Shown here piece after piece: positions 19,019 to 29,516 of a stretch of DNA of 64,000 nucleotides. This stretch comes from Nitrososphaeraceae archaeon. GTDB taxonomy: Archaea > Thermoproteota > Nitrososphaeria > Nitrososphaerales > Nitrososphaeraceae. The stretch spans positions 1 through 64,000 of the forward strand of contig JBIOZG010000043.1 in the NCBI GenBank assembly GCA_044870765.1, written 5' to 3'. A program made the position numbers and the translations under genes. Each line of letters opens with the position of its first letter. The stretch's first letter is position 1. The notes below the pieces were generated by a model. It was not told the DNA's origin, did not search any database, and saw only the letters and a list, made by a program, of their open reading frames with translations.

Positions 19019-20065
19019 TTAACTAACTTCGACATCGCTTCCATCGGGTTCTTCATGGAGTGCAGGTGCAATTTGCGTACCTATTAATTCCGTCGCTCGC
19101 ATCAGTTTCTCATGAGGTAATGAAGCAGGGTTCATCATAAAAGTGATCCTGGAGATGCCGCCCAGTGCCTTACTGTGTCTTACGATTTTCTGAATTACTT
19201 CACCTGGCTCTCCTATGATAAGTGCTCCTTGAGGTCCCATCTGTGCCTCAAAATGGTCACGTGTCATCTTAGGCCATCCACGTTCTTTACCTATCTCAGT
19301 CATGGTACGTGAGTATCCTGGAAAAAAGTCATCGGCTGCCTGCTTTGTACTCTCAGCTACATAGCCTAACGAATGTACACCAACTTTTAATTGATAATCT
19401 GAATGGCCAGCTTGTCTCCCAGATTCCCTGTAGAGCTCGACTAGTGGTTTGAATCGACGTGTTTCCCCACCTATGATTGCGACCATCAAAGGGAGTCCAA
19501 GCTGACCGGCACGCACAAATGATTCTGGGCTTCCACCAACACCTAACCATATCGGCAAAGGATTCTGTAGGGGCCTCGGATAAATTCCCTGTCCATTAAG
19601 GGCAGGCCTATATTCACCAGACCACTGGACGCGTTCATTGTCACGAATATTTAATAACAATTCAAGCTTTTCTGCAAAAAGCGAATCATAATCTTCCAGC
19701 CTCAATCCGAACAAAGGAAACGCTTCGACAAATGAGCCACGGCCTACCACCATCTCTACTCGACCCTGTGACAAAAGATCCAAAGTAGCGAATTCTTGGA
19801 ACAGGCGCACCGGATCAGTAGCACTCAATACCGTTACAGCACTGGTCAAACGTATGCGTTGTGTTCTTGCCGCGGCTGCTCCAAGGATAACAGTGGGAGC
19901 GGAATCAAGAAATTCCTTACGGTGATGTTCTCCGATTCCAAACAAATCTACCCCCATTTTATCGGCATATTCAATTTGCTCGACTAATCTTCTCAAACGC
20001 TCAGACGGGCTTAATGATAAGCCGGTGTTATCCCATGCTGCGAAACTATCAATTCCCACTTGCAT
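19019..20065 (-). CDS. LLM-class (luciferase-like) flavin-dependent oxidoreductase
   Basis: FGIGEHHR, LTSAVTVLS.TDPVR..QEFATLD, GRGSF.EAFPLFG. Confidence 0.92.
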   Translation of the reverse strand: MQVGIDSFAAWDNTGLSLSPSERLRRLVEQIEYADKMGVDLFGIGEHHRKEFLDSAPTVILGAAAARTQRIRLTSAVTVLSATDPVRLFQEFATLDLLSQGRVEMVVGRGSFVEAFPLFGLRLEDYDSLFAEKLELLLNIRDNERVQWSGEYRPALNGQGIYPRPLQNPLPIWLGVGGSPESFVRAGQLGLPLMVAIIGGETRRFKPLVELYRESGRQAGHSDYQLKVGVHSLGYVAESTKQAADDFFPGYSRTMTEIGKERGWPKMTRDHFEAQMGPQGALIIGEPGEVIQKIVRHSKALGGISRITFMMNPASLPHEKLMRATELIGTQIAPALHEEPDGSDVEVS

Positions 20066-20162
20066 TATTACGAATCATGTAAGGATATTATATAAATCCG
20101 GTAATGGCTCCTTGCACCATTCTGTAAAAATGTTCAAAAAGGAGAATTGAGAAAAAAAATAA

Positions 20163-20971
20163 TTGAGCAATAAGATTAGAACCACCAATGGAGTCAATAT
20201 TAATGTTGAAGACATTGGAGCGGGAAAATCGATTGTTTTCATTCATGGATGGCCGGTCAACCATAAAATGTTTGAGTACCAATTTACGGAACTACCCAAG
20301 CATGGCTATCGATGCATTGGTATCGATTTGTGGGGTTTTGGAGACTCTGATAAACCGTGGGACGGCTATAATTATAATTCAATGGCCGATGACGTCAAAG
20401 CTGTTCTTGACACACTCAACCTGCAAAATGTGGCCCTAGTCGGTTTTTCCATGGGAGGAGCAATTGCTATTCATTATATTGCTCGTCACCAGGGATCGCA
20501 TATTTCAAAATTGGTGTTGCTGGGCGCAGCAGCACCATGCTTTACCAAACGAGAAGATTTTCCATATGGTATTGATAAGTCTGCTGTAGATGGTCTTATT
20601 CAACAAACTTATAGAGAGCGTCCATCAATGCTCAAAAACTTTAGTGAAATATTTTTTGCAGATCCTGAAAAATTGAGTTCAGAATTTAAGATATGGAACC
20701 TAAGCCTTGGTTTATCTGCTTCAGCGTATGCGACGATTCAATGTGCAATAGAGTTAAGAGATGCTGATTTGCGATCAGATCTTAAAACCATTGGTATCCC
20801 CACCCTTATATTCACGGAACAGATGATCGTATTTGTTTATTTGAACTGGCCAAGACCATGCATGATGGTATCAAAGGGTCTCAACTCGTTTCTATTGAGA
20901 AAGCCGGACATGGATTTTATTATGAAGAGAAAGAAAAATTAAATAGCGAACTTGTGAATTTTATTGAATGA
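20163..20971 (+). pseudogene. Alpha/beta hydrolase, non-heme haloperoxidase type, frameshifted at ~20812
   Basis: IHGWP and GFSMGG in the first frame; after ATATT the -1 frame continues HGTDDRIC...KAGHGFYYEEKEKLNSELVNFIE* (TGA 20969-20971) with the catalytic Asp and His. Confidence 0.8.
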
Positions 20972-21146
20972 TTCTTCTGAAGATTCATTTTTCGGTTAGA
21001 AAGGAATCAAGGGGTTGGTGAGGCCAGAAATAAATATCTCTCAAATAATGGTCTTGAAGCAAACTTATTTGATGATTTGAATTGGCCACTTATTTACTAT
21101 CAATTAATAAATATATTATTGTTCATGATAACATTCTATCTAAGAA

Positions 21147-22304
21147 TTGTCAGAAAGTAGAATCTTCCATGATAGGTCCAAGCTATCTTCCCGGTACATA
21201 CCTAATGAACTTCACCATAGAGAAAAAGAAATGTCGTTGCTTCTAACAATGTTTAAAGATTCTTATATCAAGCCAGACGAATTCTTGTTTTCGACTCCAC
21301 AAATAGTGGGAAGGTCAGGAATTGGAAAGACATCTACGATTCTGAAATTTTCAAAAATGTTAGAAAATGAATTTATAAAATCGGGATTAACCCTCAAAGT
21401 TGCTTATATTAATCTAAAGTTACAGGGTGGCAATAAATATGCTGTTTATCGGTTCCTTTTGGAAAAAATAGCTCCAGAACTTCCGTCACAAGGCCTCAGT
21501 GCAGAGGAGATGTTAAGATATCTCTTATCATATTTGACTGAGAACAAATTATACACCCTGATTATTTTGGATGAAATTGAATTTTTGCTCCGATCAAACA
21601 AAGATAGTGGCATAATATATGACTTTACGCGGCTCAATGAGTTTGATCTGTCAAAACACTGTAATGTTATAGGTGTAGTCTTCATCGCAAGGAGCACAGA
21701 CTTTCATGATAAAATCGACAGTTCAGAATTAAGTACTTTAGGAAGATTACCAATAGAATTCAACCCATATTCCATAGACGAAATAAGCGATATTTTACTC
21801 ACAAGAACTTCAGAATCATTCAATCCTAATGTAGTCGGTACTGATATTATCGATGAAGTTTCACTCATAACAACATCTTCACAAGTAGGAGGGGATGTAC
21901 GATATGCTTTGGACTTGCTGCTATACGCGGGCAATCTTGCAGAAGCAAATGGGAGCGAAAGAATCACATTAGACCAAATTCGTAAGGCGCATGGTTACAA
22001 TAAACCGTCACTTACAATCGAGGATTTAAAAGAACTTCCCAGGAGTCATCTACTTACACTAATGGCCATTTTAAAAGTACAAAATAAGAGAAAAAAACAA
22101 TACATCGAACTCAAGGAAATTAGGGTTTATGCCCTAGAATTGGCTGATGAATACAAGATAAAAAAATTCGAATTTGAGGACTCTATGAACGATTTACTTG
22201 AAAGAAAAATAGTTGAAATGAAGTCATTAAAGGAAATAGGAATGAACATAACATCATTAGTTGAATTAGAACCTTTATTAGAACAACAGATAAATAAAAA
22301 ATAA
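21147..22304 (+). CDS. cdc6: Orc1/Cdc6 replication initiator
   Basis: YIPNELHHRE, Walker A GRSGIGKT, Walker B IILDEIE, FNPYS and GDVRYALDLL. Confidence 0.92.
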   Translation: MSESRIFHDRSKLSSRYIPNELHHREKEMSLLLTMFKDSYIKPDEFLFSTPQIVGRSGIGKTSTILKFSKMLENEFIKSGLTLKVAYINLKLQGGNKYAVYRFLLEKIAPELPSQGLSAEEMLRYLLSYLTENKLYTLIILDEIEFLLRSNKDSGIIYDFTRLNEFDLSKHCNVIGVVFIARSTDFHDKIDSSELSTLGRLPIEFNPYSIDEISDILLTRTSESFNPNVVGTDIIDEVSLITTSSQVGGDVRYALDLLLYAGNLAEANGSERITLDQIRKAHGYNKPSLTIEDLKELPRSHLLTLMAILKVQNKRKKQYIELKEIRVYALELADEYKIKKFEFEDSMNDLLERKIVEMKSLKEIGMNITSLVELEPLLEQQINKK

Positions 22305-22595
22305 ATGGACTTTGATAGCAAGACTATCATAGAGAATGGAATAGGAACAATTGGCAAAATAAAAATAATAAAGGCATTAGCGGAGGAGAATAAAATGGTA
22401 ACTATTTATGTTCTCCATAAAAGAACTGGATTAAAAAGAGAGGACATCAAACGAAATCTAAAAGATTTATTAAGTATTGACTGGGTCAAGGAAAAACGAA
22501 TGGCAAATACCATGTACCAACTTAACAGAGATAATGAATATGTGAATGCCATTCTTGGTTTTTTTGCTAATGTTGGTTACATAGGACAGGCTTGA
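22305..22595 (+). CDS. Small winged-helix protein abutting cdc6
   Basis: 96 aa with a wHTH pattern (TIYVLHKRTGLKREDIKRNLKDL...WV); ATG immediately follows the cdc6 stop. Confidence 0.8.
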   Translation: MDFDSKTIIENGIGTIGKIKIIKALAEENKMVTIYVLHKRTGLKREDIKRNLKDLLSIDWVKEKRMANTMYQLNRDNEYVNAILGFFANVGYIGQA

Positions 22596-22728
22596 AAATA
22601 GTTTTGAAATACAACTGAAAGTCTTTCTTTTCCTCTTCTAAACTGGATTGTGTTTGCTCGGCCACTACCATTAATGTAAATTGGAGGAGTCTGAAAACGA
22701 TTAAAAAGGTGAGTATACAAAGTCTAAT

Positions 22729-24351
22729 GTGCGGTATAGAACCAGTAAAGCCAGTAACAAATTTCCAAAGTTCATATTCATTACTGGAGGAGTAATGTCA
22801 GGTCTTGGAAAAGGAATAGTTGCTTCTTCTGTTGCAAAGCTATTACAGCTGACAGGATTAAAGGTTACCTGCACGAAAATAGATCCCTATGTGAATTATG
22901 ACGCTGGAACTATGAACCCTACTGCACATGGTGAGGTCTTTGTTACAGATGATGGTGGTGAATGTGATATGGATATGGGAAATTACGAGAGATTTCTTAA
23001 TACTCCTATGACAAAGTGGCACAATATTACTACTGGGAGGATCTATTCTGATGTTATAAAGGCAGAAAGAGAAGGTAAGTATCTGGGTCAGTGCGTCCAG
23101 ATAATTCCTCATGTAACTGACGTGATAAAGAACACTTTGAAAAATTTAGCAAAAGGGTATGATGTTTTAGTTGTTGAATGTGGTGGTACGGTAGGTGACA
23201 TTGAAAGTCTTCCATTTCTAGAATCTTTTAGGCAAATGGAATTAGAAGTAGGCGATACTGAAACATTATTCATACATGTAACATTAGCACCGATTTTAGA
23301 TGTGGTTGGTGAACAGAAAACTAAACCAACACAACACAGTGTTCAAGAACTGAGAAGAATTGGGATTCATCCTTACATACTGGCAGTCAGATGCCAGAAA
23401 CCATTGAATAGAGATGCTAGACATAAAATTTCAATGTTTGCGAGCATTAGAGAGCAATGCGTAATTTCATGTCATGATTGTTCTTCTATTTATGATGTCC
23501 CTGAAATATTAAAGGACCAAGGAATAATTGATGTAATCTCTGACAAGTTCGATCTTAAGAACAGGAACATAAGATGGGCCGAATGGAAAAACGTAGCAAA
23601 TTCATTCTTTAATTTTTCAGGAAATGTCAATATTGGTATTGTTGGTAAATATGTAAATTTACCAGACAGTTACGTGAGTGTGTATCAGGCTTTGTTGCAT
23701 TCATCGGCAAAATTGGGCAAGAAATTAAGTGTAGATTGGATTGATTCTGAAAGATTTGAAAACGGCAATCAGAATGAAGTGAAACTATTGAATAAATATG
23801 ACGGGATACTTGTCCCCGGAGGATTTGGTATAAGGGGAAGCGAAGGAATAATAAATTCAATAAAGCATGCAAGGAAAAAGAATATACCATTCTTGGGGAT
23901 CTGTTTTGGATTTCAATTGTCATTGATTGAATTTGCAAGAAATCAATGCGGTATGACTGATGCAAGTTCCCAGGAATTCAACCCAAATGACAATAATTCA
24001 TTGGTAAAATTCATGCCAGAGCAGGAACATACCATTAACCTTGGCGGTTCAATGAGATTGGGAAAACACGACATAACAATAGTGCACAGCACAATAGCTG
24101 ACAGGATTTACCAGAATAACAAGATTCAACGACGGCACAGACATAGATATGAATTTAATCAGGATTACCGACCAACTATTGAAGAAAGTGGGATGGTATT
24201 ATCGGGTCATTCCGATAAGGGTAGAAGAATTGAAATTCTTGAAATACCGTCAAACAAGTTCTTTTTTGCCGTCCAGTATCATTCGGAGTTTAGCAGTATT
24301 CCAGGCAAGCCGGAAGAAGCATTTGAAGCGTTCATAACATCGTGTATTTAG
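22729..24351 (+). CDS. pyrG: CTP synthase
   Basis: ITGGVMSGLGKG, GGTVGDIES, LGICFG, RHRHRYE. Confidence 0.97.
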   Translation: MRYRTSKASNKFPKFIFITGGVMSGLGKGIVASSVAKLLQLTGLKVTCTKIDPYVNYDAGTMNPTAHGEVFVTDDGGECDMDMGNYERFLNTPMTKWHNITTGRIYSDVIKAEREGKYLGQCVQIIPHVTDVIKNTLKNLAKGYDVLVVECGGTVGDIESLPFLESFRQMELEVGDTETLFIHVTLAPILDVVGEQKTKPTQHSVQELRRIGIHPYILAVRCQKPLNRDARHKISMFASIREQCVISCHDCSSIYDVPEILKDQGIIDVISDKFDLKNRNIRWAEWKNVANSFFNFSGNVNIGIVGKYVNLPDSYVSVYQALLHSSAKLGKKLSVDWIDSERFENGNQNEVKLLNKYDGILVPGGFGIRGSEGIINSIKHARKKNIPFLGICFGFQLSLIEFARNQCGMTDASSQEFNPNDNNSLVKFMPEQEHTINLGGSMRLGKHDITIVHSTIADRIYQNNKIQRRHRHRYEFNQDYRPTIEESGMVLSGHSDKGRRIEILEIPSNKFFFAVQYHSEFSSIPGKPEEAFEAFITSCI

Positions 24352-24352
24352 G

Positions 24353-25360
24353 TCATAGTTTCAAATTAAGCTCATAGGTCTTTTGCCTGGCATCTCGTAA
24401 GGAAGTCTTTTTCCTAACATACCCTCGTTGGATTAGATGACTTAATGATAATCTTATGGTCCTTTCTGGAAGCATCGTTCTCTTACTTAGGTCCTTTTGA
24501 CTCAACTCACCTTCATATTCTAGTATCTTTAAAATCAATTTAGCACTTGGAGGCATATCAAGCAACTCCTCTGCTAGCTTTACCTTTTTGGCGATAATAT
24601 CCATAGGAGAATCTTTAATTAGTCTCACGAATTTCGCAGGAAATTCATGTTTTTGACATGCAATTCTTTTTCTAACGGCTACCCTTTTTCCTCCATCCAA
24701 TACTACCTCACAGAGATACCTGCTGAGGATATCTTCAATTTCCAATTTATCTGTATTGGGAACTATTAGGGGCCTACGTGTGTTGTCCATAGAATTTACG
24801 GGTACAATAACAAAGACCTGCGACCTTTGTAAAACCATTGGTCCCCCTGCAGACATACAGTAAGCTGTTGATCCGATGGGAGTAGAAATGATAACTCCAT
24901 CACTGTTATCGTGCCAGAGATCGTTTCCATTAATCTTTAATATATATTCCATCAGAGTCGCACTTTTTCTTGGAAAAAGTGAAACATCATTTAAGACTGG
25001 TTCAACTTCTTTGCCATCAACATTGACTGAAAGTCGGCAAACATTGTCTATTTCGTAATCGCCTTTTTTTATTCTGCCAATTGATTTTTTTAAATCACTT
25101 ATGTCAATTTGACCCAGAAAACCTGTCGAATCCGATTCGTATATTCCTAGTACGGGGACAGAGAATTCCTTGTCATAATGAGAGTAATCAAGTATAGCTC
25201 TATCTCCACCTGCAGTAATCACGATATCCACATTTGATGTGCTCGTTTTATCGGATCTTTTTATTATTTCTGAATCGATATTTTCGTCGTCCAAAATTTT
25301 CTTGATTTTACTTATAAGACTATCCTCCCTGGGGCTTAGACTTGAGATAGCCACTTTCAT
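24353..25360 (-). CDS. NAD kinase-like protein with C-terminal MarR-type HTH
   Basis: GGDR, VLND and DGVIISTPIGSTAY..SAGGP; C-terminal PPSAKLILKILEYEGELSQKDL...ERTIRLSLSHL. Confidence 0.85.
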   Translation of the reverse strand: MKVAISSLSPREDSLISKIKKILDDENIDSEIIKRSDKTSTSNVDIVITAGGDRAILDYSHYDKEFSVPVLGIYESDSTGFLGQIDISDLKKSIGRIKKGDYEIDNVCRLSVNVDGKEVEPVLNDVSLFPRKSATLMEYILKINGNDLWHDNSDGVIISTPIGSTAYCMSAGGPMVLQRSQVFVIVPVNSMDNTRRPLIVPNTDKLEIEDILSRYLCEVVLDGGKRVAVRKRIACQKHEFPAKFVRLIKDSPMDIIAKKVKLAEELLDMPPSAKLILKILEYEGELSQKDLSKRTMLPERTIRLSLSHLIQRGYVRKKTSLRDARQKTYELNLKL

Positions 25361-25411
25361 TTTGATTATTAAAGGTCAATAGATACTCAAATTTAAACCT
25401 GATTTACGAGA

Positions 25412-26320
25412 CTAAATTGTGTCATAATTCATAATATTGTAATAATATGCAGCGTTCTCTTCTATAGCCGATTTGGACGGTATTTTTTCAATTCCGATTT
25501 CTCTTGTTTGAAGAGCCGAAGTTAGGGCCCCTGCCGCAAAACAAAGTGCCCATATCGCTTCTTTCTCTTTTACAATGGTGCAAGCAAAAGACGCAGTAAT
25601 AATATCGCCCAGACCTGTTGAATCAGGGCTGTTTATTTTAGGTAAATTTAGCCAGTAAAGTCTCTCATCTTGGAGAAGATGTATGTTTTGATCCTGTGTG
25701 TAAATTATATAATCTATGCCATACTTTGATCGAACTTTCCTAAGTCCTTCTTTACCCCAAAGTCCGTTTGTAAGACAACAGATTTCATGACTATCTAGTT
25801 TTATTCCATTTAGATCATTGAGAGGGACATCAATTTTTTTTCTTAATGATATTTTTCGAGCCGAATCAACAGTCCTGGTATAACCTTGTGGATCAAGCAT
25901 AACGAAACCTTTTTCACTTGTCGTAGCCAAATAACGTAACAATTCTACAGAAACTTCCTCAAAAACAGGGCTTATTATCCAGCAATCTGATTTTACATTT
26001 TTTATCTCTTCAATATCTATTGCACTGCAGTTTGAGTTGAGAGTTAATTCTCGGTCATCTTCAAAGTTTTTCAGGACAAACCTGGTTGTAGGAAGTTCTG
26101 AATGTTTCGATGAATTAAGAATAATACCGTGTTTTGTTAAATATTCAAGATATTTTGAGTCAAGATCTTTTCCAAAATGAGTAAAGAGTGTTGTGTCAAA
26201 ACCAAATTTTCTAGCAGTTAAACCGCAATATGCCGCAGGTCCACCCAAGCTTTGGCGGGATATGTTATTGAGCGATACGATCTCGTCTACCACTAAATTT
26301 GATAGTATGCTAGCCCGCAT
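25412..26320 (-). CDS. PfkB-family carbohydrate kinase
   Basis: SLGGPAAY, LDPQG, DSTGLGD. Confidence 0.85.
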   Translation of the reverse strand: MRASILSNLVVDEIVSLNNISRQSLGGPAAYCGLTARKFGFDTTLFTHFGKDLDSKYLEYLTKHGIILNSSKHSELPTTRFVLKNFEDDRELTLNSNCSAIDIEEIKNVKSDCWIISPVFEEVSVELLRYLATTSEKGFVMLDPQGYTRTVDSARKISLRKKIDVPLNDLNGIKLDSHEICCLTNGLWGKEGLRKVRSKYGIDYIIYTQDQNIHLLQDERLYWLNLPKINSPDSTGLGDIITASFACTIVKEKEAIWALCFAAGALTSALQTREIGIEKIPSKSAIEENAAYYYNIMNYDTI

Positions 26321-26413
26321 TGTTGAAGATAATTAGTATCTCTACTTCTTTGATAAATGTTGACATAAACAGAATCAGAAGATTTAAAAGAAGAAGACAT
26401 AGAATTTGTATAA

Positions 26414-26701
26414 ATGCCGAAGAAAAGGACCAGCAGAGGTCGAACAAAGGGTGGGAAAGGTAGTTCAGGAACAGTTCATTGTAGTCAATGCGGGGCCATG
26501 GTACCCAGAGACAAGGCAAAAAAAGTTACTGGCAGAATTACACTAGTAGAACCTACCTTGGCAAAAGAACTAAGGGCTCAAGGCGCACAGATTTTTTCTT
26601 CTACGGATGTCAAATTTTACTGTGTATCCTGCGCTGTACATAGAGGAATAGTAAAGGTTCGATCGGAGAGTGAACGCAGACAGACAGGAAGACTCCGATA
26701 A
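26414..26701 (+). CDS. rps26e: 30S ribosomal protein S26e
   Basis: MPKKR.SRGR, CSQCG..VPRDKAKK, YCVSCAVHRGIVKVRS. Confidence 0.97.
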   Translation: MPKKRTSRGRTKGGKGSSGTVHCSQCGAMVPRDKAKKVTGRITLVEPTLAKELRAQGAQIFSSTDVKFYCVSCAVHRGIVKVRSESERRQTGRLR

Positions 26702-26705
26702 AGAG

Positions 26706-27305
26706 CTAAATCCTTTTTAGAACGTACCTAAATCTTTGAACAAACGAGAAGGCAGAAATTAATATTATAATTACTACTCCCCACTGAATTGATTCTGAAA
26801 TTGGGATAAGCCCGCAAATTGATAAGATAAGTAATCTTTCTGCTCTTTCGCCTATTCCTATACCTTTTAGTTCTATGCCCAATGATTCTGCTCTAGCCCT
26901 AAGATAGCTTACCAGTATAGAAGTAGCCAGAGCAATCATTGCCAAGATGGGATTTGCCAGGCCTCCAATTGCTATCCCTATGAAAATTAGCGCTTCGGAA
27001 ATTTTGTCAAAATTAGAATCTATAAACGCGCCCTTGGTTGTGGTTCTCTTCAACACACGAGCTACACTTCCATCTACAATGTCAAAGAAGCCTGAAATCA
27101 ATAGCATGATACTTGCAAATATTTGCGAGGGGAATTCTATTCCTTGTTGATTCAGAAAATTTGAAAGACCAAAGAAAACACTAGATAGGATGGCAAACGC
27201 AAATCCAACCATGCTCCAAAACGTCGGAGAAAAACCTAGTGAACCAAAATTATTTCCTATCGATCTTGTGAAAGGAATTAATTTTTCTCTAAACCTGTTG
27301 AGCAA
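26706..27305 (-). CDS. CDP-alcohol phosphatidyltransferase (archaetidylinositol phosphate synthase-like)
   Basis: DIVDGSVAR...GAFIDSNFD motif, SYLRARAE, ERAER. Confidence 0.9.
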   Translation of the reverse strand: MLNRFREKLIPFTRSIGNNFGSLGFSPTFWSMVGFAFAILSSVFFGLSNFLNQQGIEFPSQIFASIMLLISGFFDIVDGSVARVLKRTTTKGAFIDSNFDKISEALIFIGIAIGGLANPILAMIALATSILVSYLRARAESLGIELKGIGIGERAERLLILSICGLIPISESIQWGVVIIILISAFSFVQRFRYVLKRI

Positions 27306-27367
27306 GTATCATTCTTTATCTGTACATCTATCAAATATTCTTTGTTATATTAGGCCATAAAGAATGA

Positions 27368-28069
27368 TTACAATTCTTGCGAATTACAGTTAACAGTCTT
27401 TTCTATTGGTAATTTTGGTAATTTTGGTTCCAGCTGATTTGCTACCAGTTTCCAATAATTCGCAAGCTGGACTGCATCAATCTCACAGTTGGTAATTACT
27501 TTATTTTGGTAATTAACGATTGGATTCATTATATCATGAAAGTTTGAATGTCCCAGTCCAAGTGCATGCCCTATCTCATGTTGCAGCACTAGACCCAGGG
27601 CATCTTGATTCAGTAGTTCTTCATTGAAATTTAAAGAGATGTGCATCCTGACCTTTTTAATAAAGCCATTTTTGTCAAGAACGCTAGTAGTTTGACCTAC
27701 AGTTTGATCGCCCTTATGTTCAAAGTTTATTAAAATATCTGCGTTGGATAGATCCTTTACTTCCGTAAATTTCAGGTTCTTTAACTTGGAGCTCCATTGA
27801 TCAAAGGAGATATTTACCAAATCATCGTGCTGGTCATTATTGTCATCATTATTATCGCTGATGTTGCTGCTTTTGTTGCTGTTGTTGTGGTTGATATGAA
27901 ATGTCAATACACCGTCAGCTAGATTATTACCCCATGTGCAACATATCTGTAAAATGTTCTGCTTTTCTAATGTAAGGTCGCTGAATTCGGAAAAGGTTTC
28001 TGGATATGATAGTACTGCTATTATCATTACTACGTTTAGCACTATACTGAAATTGTATCCTTTGTCCAA
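27368..28069 (-). CDS. Secreted matrixin-family (M10) metalloprotease
   Basis: HEIGHALGLGH zinc motif, Met-turn IMNP, N-terminal hydrophobic segment. Confidence 0.88.
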   Translation of the reverse strand: MDKGYNFSIVLNVVMIIAVLSYPETFSEFSDLTLEKQNILQICCTWGNNLADGVLTFHINHNNSNKSSNISDNNDDNNDQHDDLVNISFDQWSSKLKNLKFTEVKDLSNADILINFEHKGDQTVGQTTSVLDKNGFIKKVRMHISLNFNEELLNQDALGLVLQHEIGHALGLGHSNFHDIMNPIVNYQNKVITNCEIDAVQLANYWKLVANQLEPKLPKLPIEKTVNCNSQEL

Positions 28070-28243
28070 CTATAATATGCAGCCAATGTACGATGCGCTG
28101 GTATTATAATGCTTGATGATAATAAATAGAATTGAGTTACTCTCACTCAAGTTAAGTCATGCGACAGAACACGATTTATATCTTCAGGAGAATTAAAAAC
28201 AGAATTAATAGCTTGGTTTATCGGCCGACAGCTGTTAATGAAA

Positions 28244-28672
28244 TTAGGCGTAATTTCCCTTGATTGACGATCTGGCACCACAAGCTTCACATACTAGAAA
28301 GCCAAGTTTTTTTGCTTTTTCTGTTCTTGTATCAGGACTTTGACAAACAGGACATATTACATAGTCCCTTACGTATCTTTCCATTAAGGCCCCAAAAGAT
28401 GAAGGTTCCTTGCGACCAAGGAAAATAACCCTCTCACCTGCAATATAACCCGCAGAAGCAAGCTCCTTATTCAAATAAAGTAATAGCTTTTCTGGTTCTC
28501 TCCTCAATGCCTTGGGAAATTCCATAAAATTTCTAAAAATAGTTCGCTGACCTACCCAGATAATTTGCGGCTCAGGAATTTCCAATCTTGCCGAATCCTT
28601 CTTTGATGCATGAACAAGATCCCCCTGAATTCTATTTAGGAGGGTTTCATACGATTTATCTACCTTTTGCAT
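28244..28672 (-). CDS. eif2b: Translation initiation factor 2 subunit beta
   Basis: TIFRNF, YLNKEL, YVICPVCQSPDT...CEACGA zinc ribbon. Confidence 0.95.
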   Translation of the reverse strand: MQKVDKSYETLLNRIQGDLVHASKKDSARLEIPEPQIIWVGQRTIFRNFMEFPKALRREPEKLLLYLNKELASAGYIAGERVIFLGRKEPSSFGALMERYVRDYVICPVCQSPDTRTEKAKKLGFLVCEACGARSSIKGNYA

Positions 28673-28832
28673 ACTTATGCTTGTACGAAGGCTTTAATGT
28701 TCTTTGTCATCAATCATAGTATTTTGACTTTAAACATTTGACCAGTCAATCTATTTTACAAATCAGAGATGAAACAAAAATCAATAGATTATTGCTTCCG
28801 CGAATTCTACCTGATATAAAATATTTATTAAT

Positions 28833-29435
28833 TTATGTAGGCAAGTCTCCAAGCCACTGGAAAAATGGTATGATTGGATCATCAAAAGGCAATTTAGAAG
28901 AATTCTTGGCATTGAAGCCTAGCATTATCATTCGTCCTTCTAATTGTTGTACTATATTTGATGGTAGTCCATTACCTTGAAGAGGATTAAACAACTTGAA
29001 AAAATAATCTTGTTTATAGTAAGCAAGATGCCAGGCGTAACAATCTGAAAGAATTGTTGGATCCCTTGATATCCTTTTAGTTATGTCAAAATTCACAGTT
29101 TTTTCAGTATTCTTACTATTAGAATCTATCAAAATTTGCATCGATCTTTTGTTGAAATTTTCTCTCAATAGTTCTTGATTCATACTGATTGGATTGTTTG
29201 CAAAAATTCTAACCTGTCTTGCAATCCCTTCCATCGTTTTTCTTGCTATATCTTTAACATTGGTAATTTCCAATTCGCCATTGACCTTATGATCTTTACC
29301 AAAGATGTAAAAAGTCGCAATCAATTCGTCTTTTTGCGTAAAGGGCAAGTTTACTTTACCATTTATAAAATTCAAAACTCTTTGGGGAAAATCTCTGGGC
29401 ATAAAAACTCCCATATATGAATCAGAAATAATCAA
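28833..29435 (-). CDS. Hypothetical protein
   Basis: 200-aa ORF filling a gene-sized gap, co-oriented with its neighbours; start uncertain. Confidence 0.7.
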   Translation of the reverse strand: MIISDSYMGVFMPRDFPQRVLNFINGKVNLPFTQKDELIATFYIFGKDHKVNGELEITNVKDIARKTMEGIARQVRIFANNPISMNQELLRENFNKRSMQILIDSNSKNTEKTVNFDITKRISRDPTILSDCYAWHLAYYKQDYFFKLFNPLQGNGLPSNIVQQLEGRMIMLGFNAKNSSKLPFDDPIIPFFQWLGDLPT

Positions 29436-29516
29436 CTCTTGTCTTTATCGGGCTTTATGCATGAGACTATTAAAAAGTAGCAAAAATAATTATTGGAAAA
29501 AATGAGGTAAGATTAC

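Noticed and set aside
20972-21146. Replication origin (ORB repeats) beside cdc6; also checked 22596-22728
   Set aside because: Only single weak partial matches (GGAATCAAGGGG; TCCAGTTTAGAAGAGG on the minus strand) and no repeated ORB array, so an origin cannot be supported.
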